A DNA stretch of 64,000 nucleotides from Nymphaea colorata (Eukaryota), in NCBI RefSeq assembly GCF_008831285.2, contig NC_045138.2, positions 5,456,001-5,520,000 on the forward strand, given 5' to 3'. The translations under genes were made by a program, and so were the position numbers. The notes under the pieces were generated by a model. That model made no database searches, was not told the DNA's origin, and saw only the letters and a list, made by a program, of their open reading frames with translations. Of this stretch, positions 27,201-38,216 are shown in pieces. Every line of letters begins with the position of its first letter. Within the stretch, counting starts at the first letter, position 1.

Positions 27201-28075
27201 GTAATTCGTCTTCCTGCTTTCATTCTCACGATAATTAGGCAAATAAAACTAAGAGGAACAGTTGATGTCATGAGGATTAATTGGCTCTGCATTATAGTCG
27301 GATCTAAACATAAAGAGAAGTTGAAAAGCTTTGTAATTTAGTGTGATCACCAGCAATCTTACAGCAATCTAATGCAGATCACCAGCAATCTTACAAATCT
27401 TCAGATCGATAATATTCCTACAAGTGGTTTGTAGATATGGAACAGTGTTGTAGTCAATATCGGAATCCTTCGCTTGCTGAAAGATCAAAAGATCAGGGCC
27501 AATGGGCCCCGATTTCCCATTTTTCTTAAAAAATAACTAATGAAAGTTTAAGCTAATAAAGAAAACTAAAACATATCTTATGTTTTTGAAGAACACACAT
27601 CGGCCCGTTTAGTCTTAGCAATGGTCTGATACGATGCGATGATAATGTACATGGCTATTGAGTGTACATGCATCGAACATATCACTTTTGAGTAAGCAAG
27701 ATGAGTATTTCATTCCATATAAATGAATGGTAAGGTTCGGTGTGGAACACACACCTCAACATTTTGTTCTTATTTGTTTTTTGGATGGTAGGGACTACAC
27801 CCAAAACATTTTATTGTTTTGGAAAATCATCTTCTAATTTTTTTCCAAATCAGATTTGGAGATTTGGAGAGGAGAAGACAAAAAAAACAACATTTACCAC
27901 GTTAAATTCTTTTTATGCATCAAACAGGGTTAAATTTACCACGGTAAATTTCACCCGCCCATCAAACAGAGCCTCAGATTGGAAGAGGGAGAAATTTCAT
28001 CCTATGAATTTTTTTGAAAAAATTTATCATGGTAAATTTACCTCGTTAAATTTCACCCGCCCATCAAACGGGTCC
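24262..28075. mobile_element. Non-autonomous PIF/Harbinger element, 3.8 kb
   Basis: The TIRs are GGGCCCGTTTGATGGGCGGGTAAAA / TTTCACCCGCCCATCAAACGGGTCC. The 3-bp TSD TAA lies at 24259-24261 and 28076-28078. Palindromic subterminal motifs are present and no transposase ORF was found. Confidence 0.88.
26115..28030. repeat. 958-bp near-identical tandem duplication (26115-27072 / 27073-28030)
   Basis: Identical ORFs at 26152/27110 and 26162/27120 are offset by 958. Only a handful of substitutions are visible between the copies. Confidence 0.95.
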
Positions 28076-30845
28076 TAAAAAAAGGTGAGAGCAATGATAG
28101 AGGAGTATCGGACACCATTCACCCTAGAGAAAATATGAACTAAATGCAAAAGAGCCAAACTTAATTTACATAGATGAGATACTCAATGCTTATGTAGGAC
28201 CCCAAGAGAAAAATAATAGTGGTGGATGACACAGTGGGGAATTGAATATGTCAAAGAATTCCAAAACAGGAAAAAGTATAGGTTGCCAGCATCATGAAAA
28301 TTTTATGGGCTTGCAATGAAAATTTGGGGAGCTTATACTGTATTGGATGACAATCAGTGGTTCTGAGTGATCTTTACATGAAAGTGGGGACAGATCATGA
28401 ACTGTTTTATAGATCAGTTGACTTATATTACAATTTTGACAAGGCAAACTGTTTTTTCATGATCCCTCATGAATTGCAGGCTAGCTGACTGCACAAGTAG
28501 ATTTGCAAAATTTGGCATTTGTTCATGTCAATGTTACCATTGAGATGTTCAACAATTGTTAAAATAAAAGATGAACCGTCCATTGAGCTTGAACACATTA
28601 GAGTATACGGTTGTCAAAACATGAGTTTTCAACTTAACTGGTTGCTCCCACTTACCAAGGTCGGAGGATTGGTCTCCACATTGGGCACATGTAACATCCT
28701 TCACATATTAGTTTAGTTCTTCACCGTCTCCACATCTGTCCAATGTTGTCTACGCCGGGACGAACTCCACTTCCTGAATGGTTTTGGCATCTCTGAAAGA
28801 ATGCTGCACTTGCTAGCTATATTACTGCCTGATCACTGCTCTCAATCTATCGTTTGGTCCTTTTGCTACCAAGTTTTTACATCGGTATTTATAACCCTGA
28901 ATATTCACCAAAACCACAAATATTGCGATTTTTTTTTTACATTATTAATGAAATGAAATAAAAGGAAAAGGCCAAATCGTGATAATTTAAAAAAATGTTA
29001 AAAATCAATTTGTCATTATTTTTCGTTTATTTTCTGTTTTCAATTTTTGTTTCATTCTGTTGTTTCCTCTTATTTTACATGTTTAACAGGACCTTCTAGA
29101 TTCAATACAGCCCTTATTACTTTATCATTTTAACTAGATTTTTTTTATTATTAGTTTCTCATTTATTGTATAGCATCTTAATTTTAATTTTAAAAATATC
29201 CTCAAGATTTTTCTAAAAAAAGAAACAACTTTACCAGAAAATACCCAAGAAAGAAACCTCTCTGAACCTTACAACGATATTTGTGGTTATTTGACCTTCC
29301 AATTTCTCTATGTGTCCCATGGGATGTGTTACATAATTGCTTATGTGTGCAACTCTAATTTTTCAATAACTAAAAATAAAGCTGCTCTTAATTTTTCTTT
29401 CGTCAATAGAAAATTTTATCCAGCCTTGCATATAAGAGAAACGTCCAACTATTAATTCATAGTTGATTCTAAAAATGCAGATATATATCCAGGAATATAT
29501 GTTTCAAAAATGGCCTTATTTTTAAATAGTTTAGATCTAGAACTTGGCCTGATTTTGAAATAGTTTAGATCTAGAAGAAAAAGCATCTCACTGCCTTACA
29601 TGTAATTGGGAATTACTTCACTAATTTTTTAATATAATTAATGAGAGAGGACTATATTAGAGAGTAAAGAGATAATTGAAAAGGAATGATAAAAAAATGA
29701 GAAAAACGGTTTTGAACAATTTAAATCAGCTCTAATTCAGGGGTATGGGGAGGCCGAAGCCCCTCCTCTACACCTGTCAACTAAAGTATCATGTGTCCAT
29801 CATTTGTAGTTCAAAAAAATAACATTCATTGGAATCGACTTGATGACCCGACTTTTACCTGACCGGATACAATACGCCCTTTTTCGAGGCAGTTAACAAA
29901 AGAAATTGAATTTTAACTCATAGGTATCATAGGTATAGATGATTAAAAGTTTTTTTTTTTTGTCCTTGTTGTATATTTAAGATCTTGAATAAAAATGCGT
30001 GTCACCAATCAAATAGATCTGTGAAGGCGCATTTACTTAATAAGCTCAGCAATTTCTTTGGATTTTTTTTATCTTGTAAAATGGATAAAAGCAGTCGACG
30101 TTAAAGGAAGGAAAAACATTTAGGTGTGGAGCACATCTCTCTATCGCTCTTGCTCGCTCTGGTCTCCAATTTAAAGTAATGGTAATTAAAGTTGTGTATT
30201 ATTGATCTTATATTAATCTTTCTTTTTCTTTCTGTCACAAAAGGTCTTCACGATTCTAGCTAAATTTTCTTCTGCTTATTTTACCATCTTTAAGAAATGA
30301 TTAAAAAGTTCTAAAATATTTGTACAAATTTTTATTACCAATAATAGTTCTGTACTCAAATACCGTCACGTATGTGGTTTCTGTATGCATAGTTCCCATG
30401 GCATGGACATTCCATATCAATATACAAATGTTATTCTGGAAAAAAAGATTACAATGCTATTCAGTTACAAAATATTCATTTAGATAATAAAATAAGATAA
30501 CATTTTTCACGATAAAATGTTAAGGGAGCTTAAAAGTGAACAAAAGAAGTACCATCTAGATATATCCAACCTTTTAGGTCGTGTTTCATTATCGCGGATT
30601 ACTGCAAATTTGAGATCCGGGGCTTTAAATCCAAACACCCTCCCCCCTTTCTTTTTCAAAATCCGATTTCTAAGTCCACACTTTTTACAAATTCACATTG
30701 TTTACATTAAAGTGTGTAATTAAAACCCACGTTGATGGAAGAAGCTAAAACCCACAGTTTCATACAACTGTAAATTTCAGCAATCACACATTTGAGATTC
30801 TCTTGAATTTGAAATCCGTGGGAATCAAACATACCCTTAGAATCT

Positions 30846-31225
30846 CACAGTCACAAATAACGAAGTTTTAAACGGGATGGGTTTTTTTTTGGGTATAATA
30901 TGGTGTACGATATTTTTTTAAAATTTTTAAAAAACTAAAAATAGGAAAAAATAAAATAAGTGAAAAACTAATAACATAAACAAATTTGCAACAAATAAAA
31001 AAATAAAAAAATAAAAATTTGTTTGACATTAAAAAAACTGAAAAACCCAAAAAAGTGCTAAAAAACATGTAAAAAACGCACTAGTAACACATTTTTTTCG
31101 TTCTAAATGTTTTTTTCTAAAAAACGCTTTTTTTTTTTAGTTCTAAACGGCTTGTTATTTATCACATTTTTTCACATCTATTTTTAAAAAAATGCTTTAA
31201 AAAAACGCATCTTTTGTGGCTACGA
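30846..31225. mobile_element. AT-rich MITE-like repeat upstream of CYP82 copy 1
   Basis: It is a reverse-complement relative of 3204-3625 and is absent from the homologous upstream regions of copies 2-4. Confidence 0.55.
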
Positions 31226-31498
31226 CGGTTCTTCCATGCCAGTTCTATATAGTCTTTTTGTCATTTGTCAATTCTTGGTATCTTGGGGCCCATTTAGCAA
31301 AAAAAAGCAAATTATTATTGTTCCATGATACCAAGAAATTGGGGAAAGTTTATAATTATCTCTATCTAGTCCATACCTGTACATGTCTCTGTCATGGATT
31401 TTTTGGTTTTAATAATCCCATTAATCTCCCAATTGAAATAACATGGTGCAAACAACCAAAGAATTTTAGTAGCAAAGTCTAAGAAGGAGGCGGCTAAC

Positions 31499-31586
31499 AC
31501 GTCCTGACAAGATCTCCAACTACCAAACATGTTTGACTATTCAAGCATCCACCTACCAACCATGTTTGACTATTCAAACATGTTTG
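31499..31586 (+). promoter_or_regulatory. Tandem W-box (TTGACT) module plus CCTACC element, CYP82 copy 1 promoter
   Basis: The direct repeat CATGTTTGACTATTCAA carries TTGACT at 31533 and 31566, with CACCTACC between them. The module is conserved upstream of copy 5. A TATAAATA lies at ~31859. Confidence 0.5.
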
Positions 31587-31632
31587 ATATATATATATAT
31601 ATGTAGAGAGAGAGAGAGAGTCGATAAAATGG

Positions 31633-31848
31633 AAAATATATAACAAAATTTGGGGACAAGACGTCCCCTAGATGCAAAAGCAATCCGAGAAAACTATACC
31701 TTTAACTGCTAAATTGTTCAAGGGAGAGAACTCTCAATCGCATAAAATATATAACAAAATTTGGGGACAAGACGTCCCCTAGATGCAAAAGCAATCCGAG
31801 AAAACTATACCTTTAACTGCTAAATTGTTCAAGGGAGAGAACTCTCAA
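31633..31848. repeat. Tandem duplication (period 111 bp) in the CYP82 copy 1 proximal promoter
   Basis: AAAATATATAACAAAATTTGGGGACAAGACGTCCCC...GAGAACTCTCAAT starts at both 31633 and 31744. Confidence 0.92.
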
Positions 31849-31929
31849 TGGCATATTCTATAAATATACATTAATACAAAAGTAGCTACTAAGCAGGAAG
31901 AGAGAAAATACCTTCCCTTCCCCACATTT

Positions 31930-33633
31930 ATGGAGTCCCTCACGCTGGTAGCAGAGGGTCTAGCAGCTCTGCTTGCCCTTTGTTTCATCTGTAGAATTTG
32001 GCAAAAGAAGAAAAGGGAAGCAAGATGCCGACTACCGGAACCCAATGGTTCTTGGCCGATAGTCGGACACCTTGGCTTGCTGACCGGAACCACACCTCTC
32101 TACAGAACTCTCGCTACTCTTTCAGAAAAGCACGGGCCTCTCTTCAGTCTCCAACTGGGACAAAGGCGTGCCATTGTGGTGAGCAGCATGGACCTCGCCA
32201 AGGAGTGCTTCACTGTCAATGACCGAGCCTTCGCCGGTCGGCCGCCGCTAGAAGGTTTTAAATGCCTTGGCTACGATCATGCCATGTTCGCATTCAGCGC
32301 ATATGGACCTTACTATCGTGAACTCCGCAAGATCGTCACCACCAAGCTGCTGTCAAGCCAGCAACTCGAGTTGCTCAAGCACATCCGGGTCGATGAGGTG
32401 GGCTTCTTGGTGCGGCGCCTGTACGGCAGTTGCAGCAACCATGAGCCGGTCGAGATGAAGCAGCATTTGACCTGCATGGCCTTGAACATCATCGTCAGGA
32501 TGGTCGCCGGAAAACGGTACTTTGAGTTCGACGGTGAAGGAAAAGAGTTTAGTGAAGCTCTGGATGAGTTTGGTAATCAAGTTGGTACGTTCACTGTCTC
32601 TGACGCGATCCCGTGGCTGAGGTGGCTAGATGTGGGTGGTCACCTCAAGGCCATGAAGAGGGTTCACCTGAAGATGGATGAAGTTGCCTCGGGTTGGCTT
32701 GCAGAGCACAGTCAGAAGGAATCCCGTAGCGCCGGCGAGAAGAAAGACTTGATTGACGTGCTCATTAAAGAATTAGAAGATGGTCACTTGTCGGAAAATC
32801 ATCAAACTGGCGCCATTATTAAAGCCACCGCTATGGTCCATAACCACCTCTCCCTCTTTTCCTCCTGTTTGTCCTTAAATACATAAAGCGCTACAATCGC
32901 TAAGCTATTGTCAACCGCCATTTGTAGGGAATTTCCTAACGACAAACTTGAGAGATTTTGACAGTAAAAAAAAAAAAAAAAACATAACATACTTAATTTG
33001 GATTTCAGATTCTTAGGACTTGAAAACGGTGGGTTTATGATCCGATTTTTCCCTTTCAATTTTAACTCTAACCTTTAATTTTTCAACATAAATGTTAAGT
33101 ATGGATCTTAGGTCTCATCTAAGATACTTAGTTTGATGAACCATGTTTTTATCATGATTCTTTTGTCACATACCACGTCAGGTTCATATGAGATTTATGG
33201 ATTTCAGACCCGAAGTAATCAAACTCCTCCTCTTAAGTTTTTCTAATAGTTAATTACCAAAAAGTTTGTTCGCCGTGTTTCTTTAGTGTTTCGGATTTTT
33301 CTTACTAACCGATTTTGATGTTTGTTTCTTTTGGTGATTTAAGTTTATCTTTTTATAACTTTCACCATTTTCTTGTCATTTTAGCTTGTGCCATCACCTT
33401 GCCAACTATTTAACGAGATTTCTTTCCATCGAGCTATCATCATCCTTACCAAATTTGATATTTTTATTTTGTAACTTGTTTTTAGAAAATTTTCTAAGAC
33501 ATACTTAAAAATAATTAAAAGAAAAAGACACCTAACCCTAAGTTCCATATTGTTAAAAATACCCTTAGGTTTTGCACTACTAATAAATTTTTTTTCCCAA
33601 AGGCCACAATTTGCAAGTTGATTTGTTAATTTG

Positions 33634-33673
<40 letters not shown>

Positions 33674-35801
33674 TTAAAAGAATTATGAGATTTTTTTTTG
33701 TCAACGTTATAATGATTTTGAAGGAAATTAAACCTAAATGCAATTAATTTACTTGCCAATTTAGGACGAAAAGCCGATACTTTCCCCTCTTCCCATTGTC
33801 TTTAAGGTTTAAGGTTGTTTCACGGCCTGAGGATGCTTTTGCAGGAATCAAACTGACAATCAGACTCTCACCAATCTAGCAATGCGACCAGCTATACTTT
33901 TCCCAACTTGAAGCCTAAATATTGTCTATTGACTTAAGAGATTGAATTTTTACACAAGCACTGGATAATCTTTTGCACCTTTTCTATTATGTCGATTAAA
34001 AAAAGTTTGGTGTATTTTGATGATATGAACAGGTTAGCTGCAGTTTCTATTATTGCCAAACTGTCAATACATTTTCAAAAATTTGCGATATTCTTTCGTG
34101 TTTGGTAAGACGAGATGGCACATTCATCTTTCCTCTATCTCCATTATAAATTTTTTAAGTTAACCACTTAAGGACTTTACAAACCAACCAACTTTTTTTG
34201 AACCTCATCAGCAGATAAAGTTTGGGATGGACCCAAGCGCACCAAGTTTAACTTCAAGGATCCGTTCTATCCGTATCAGGAATCACATTTAGACCTGGAT
34301 TTTCATTTTTTCTTTTGAAACCAAAACCGATCGAAGTAACCTTTAATCTTCTACCTTATATATGTATATATGCCCATAAAAAGAAGTGCAAACGTATACG
34401 TTGTGTTTATTTCACAGTGGATTTGAGACCCCTCTATGATATGATATTCCTAGGATCTCAAATCCATGAATTTAAGATCGGATACCCCCTCTTTCCTCTC
34501 TCTCTCGCCACACTCTCCCTTCAAAAAAAAGAAAAAAGAAAAAAAAAGAAAACATCTGATCTTAAATTAATAGTTTTTAACATGTAGTATGAATTTTAAA
34601 TCCATGCTGCTAATATCCCAAAACATACCTTTTTATGCAGCCTGGAATCTTATATATGAAGCTATCAAACACAATCATAAGGACGTTTGTTTCCCTTTGA
34701 TTTTAAATCCTCAAGATTTGAGATCCAAGGATTCTCATGAGTTCAGACCTATGGATTTAATATCTGACCCTCCATCAATTTTAAAGGGGGCATGTTCTTG
34801 TTTTTTTATATTTGCAAGGCGTTTGATAACCTTGGATCTGAAATTTAAGGTGATCCAGATCATTGAGAATCTCATATCCACATACTTTACGCCATATGCC
34901 CCTCCTGTCGGACATCAAATATGCTTTTGGATATAAACTAAGGATCTCAATTCTTCTTTTTCACATAATGGTAAAAATAGTGTTTGTTGGTTTTACATAA
35001 AAGGGACATTAGATCAGCCTAGGATCTGAGATCTCATGCTATCAAACACACATTTAGTTCAAATGGCTTCGCTGAATATTCATTGGTCTATATATATTTA
35101 AATCATTCCTCTGATAACAAATAAAAGAAATGGATCTACTTACCACCAATTTACTCCATTGTCCTGAATTATTGCAGGTTTTGGTAGTTGCCGGGACGGA
35201 GGCCACAGCAATCACACTTGAGTGGGCTCTCTCTCTCTTGCTAAACAACCCACATATCTTAAAGAAAGCCCAAGATGAGTTGGACTGCCAGGTGGGCAAA
35301 GACCGACAAGTGGACGAATCAGACATCAACAATTTGCCTTACTTGCAGGCCATAGTCAAAGAGTCAATGCGCCTATACCCAGCGACACCGCTTTTGCTCC
35401 CACACGAGTCAATGGAACCCATTCAACTTGGTGGGTTCGACGTGCCAGTTTGCTCAACGCTGTTTGTTAACGCGTGGAAGATTCATCGCGACCCGACATT
35501 GTGGACGGACCCAGAAGAGTTCAAGCCAGAGAGGTTCTTGAGCAGCAACAATGAGATGACCAGCTTTGGTGGTTAGGACTTTCCCTTCTTGCCATTTGGG
35601 TCAGGAAGGAGGTTCTGCATTGGCTGGCGGATGGCCATGCTAGTTCTTCACTTAACTTTGGCACGTTTGCTGCAGGGCTTTGAATGGTCTACGCCCATGG
35701 ATGAACCGGTTGACATGACCGAAGGGTATGGCCTAGCCCTGCCCAAAGCAACTCCGCTTACAGTCCTTTTGAGGCCCCGTCTCCCACCCCACCTCTATTA
35801 G
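31930..35801 (+). pseudogene. CYP82: CYP82-family cytochrome P450 copy 1 (single nonsense codon)
   Basis: Exon 1 (31930-32835) is open, with WPIVGHL and FAFSAYGPYYRELRK. Exon 2 (35178-35801) has AGTEAT, KESMRLYP, FKPERF and PFGSGRRFCIG. CAG>TAG at 35574-35576 truncates the protein before the heme-binding Cys. Confidence 0.88.
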
Positions 35802-38216
35802 TGACAGTGCTTAGGGTACTTGTTTCTAGTGTGTGCTATAATATTACGGATGATATGGCAGATTTATAATTTCATTTTTATGAACAAAATTTTCCAGTGC
35901 AATTCGAAACCAAGAAGAATCAGGTGATAAGCAATTGGAATGTTAGATAAAAAGAAAATTGTGGATGTTGCATGTTCATTAATTCATGTTGGGGTGTTTG
36001 AATAGGTAATAAGTATTATTCCCAAGGGGTTTGGTGTAATGGTCTAGGCAGGGGCAGGAAGGTGGCCAGTTCCCTAAGTTATTTTACCATTTTTAAGAAA
36101 TGAGTAAAAAATTCTAAAATATCTGTACAAAGTTTTATTGCCAATAATAGTTTTGTACTCAATAGCGTCACATATGTGATTTCTATGTGCATAGTTCCCA
36201 TGGAATGGACATTCCATGTCAATATGCAAATAATATTCTTGAAAAAGATTACAATGTATTCAGTTACAAAATAGTCATTTAGATAATAAAAAAAGGTAAC
36301 ATTTTCACGATAAAATACTAATGTTGTAGCGATTTAATGGGAGCTTAAAAGTGACACAAGAAGTACTATCTAGATGTATCTAACCATTTAGGTTGTGTAT
36401 GATTACCACAAATTACTGCAAATTAGAGATCCGCAATTTTAAGAACAACCCCGGAAAATCCAATTTCAAATCCACACTTTACATTAAAGTGTAGATTCCA
36501 TGTTGGGCTAGAACATAAAATCCACAGTTCAGTAGAATTCAGCAATCACAGATTTGATATCCGTGGGGAATCAAACACATCCTTAAGGGTTCTTTTGGCC
36601 TTCTCAAGCAGTTAGACTTTCATTACCCAAAGAAGGAAGGTACTAAACGAGTCTTCCATGCAAGTTGCATATATCCTTTTGTCATTTGAGTTGAATCCAT
36701 TTGTCAATTGTTGGTACCTTGAGGCCCATTTGGCATTAGAAACAAGTTGTTCTTGTTCCATGAATTTGACTAAAAAATTGTAGAAAGTTCATAAGACAAT
36801 CTGTCATTATATTTCATAAATCTACCCTGACTTTTGGGCAGATTCATGAAAGTAACAACTTGTTACTGTTGTCAAACAAGCATGAGTGTTTCCAAGTTTG
36901 GCCAAGTTTTCGAAACTACCAGTTTTTTCAAAATTAATAAGAAGTTCCACTAGTAATTATACATAGAGTCAGCTTACTAATTTGCAATCAAATAGTAATC
37001 TTAAAAGACTATCAACATGCACCTCTTGGCAAGACCGAACATAAACCTCTCAATATAATCTCGGACCGGTTTTTCTTGCTCTCTCCCTTTAGGGGTGGGC
37101 TGCCGGCCAGCAAGTGTTTCTGCAAAGCTGGTTATATGCACCACATATTTTATGGTTTTTTTTTGTGTGCTGAGCTGTAAAAATAACCAGAGTACCCTTA
37201 TGTATAAAAAGAAACAATCCTATAAAGATAAAAGATGGAAAGTGGAAGATAAAAATTTCTCAAAGTGTTTGTTTTCTTTTTTCAAAATAGCAAAAATGTC
37301 CCTATTTCTTTTTTGGTGCGTATTTATTGCTTGCACTAGGGTGGTCCTCGCAACTGGATCCATCTAGTTCTTTTGTGGTTGGCTTTTCAATGTGTGCTAA
37401 ATATTTTAATGTCTTCAAGGCTATTTGGTAATAGTACAAGTTCCTTATTGGTTCATAAATCTATCGCAAAAATTAAAGCACATTCATTTAATATTGTCTC
37501 AGTGTTCCATGAATCTACTGCATAGATTCATGAAATAATGACACATTATTCGTATTGTCAAAAGGCCTCTATATGGTCCAAAGGAATGATGTGGTTTTAA
37601 CAATTCAATCTGTCTCCAAGATGTCATAGTGCAAACGATGGAAGAGTGCGATTGGTAGTAAAGTCTAAGAAGGTCACCATCGTTGTCATATGGTAATCTC
37701 TTGTGGGGTCGCCAAGATTTCTAAGCCCAATTATCAAACCAACCCATTCTAATATATGGGGGCAGTATTGACGTAAAATATTGATATAAACCAAACAAAT
37801 AGGTTAGGGACAAGAACCAAACCCTTTAAATATGATGTTTAAAGTGTTTTTTTGAACTATAACCATACCAATATGATCTTAAGATATGTTGATGTGAAAT
37901 ATATATTAAGTTGATCCATTTCTAAGTTTTAATAGGTTTTTATGACCAGAAAAAAATGAATGGCTATCATAGCGTCTACATTTTTGATAACAGAAAAATC
38001 AACATTTTTACAAGTTGATTCAAAACATGTTTTATATCAAAATATTTTTTATAAATATATTAGGATGGTTATATTTTATTTGAAATAACTTTTTAATCAA
38101 CAATTAAAAGGTTTGTTTCTTTTTATCCCTGACCTATGAGTTTTGTGTTATATATATATATATATATATGAACATAGCTACCAACTACCGAGACTGCAAA
38201 TACCATCACCACATCT

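Noticed and set aside
35574..35582. Programmed stop-codon read-through in CYP82 copy 1
   Set aside because: The context TAG-GAC-TTT lacks the CARYYA read-through motif, and sister copies have CAG, so a simple point mutation is more likely.
37095..37367. Short ORF recurring in each array unit (also ~43026-43223, ~49101-49418)
   Set aside because: The frame is not conserved between copies; the similarity reflects duplicated intergenic DNA.
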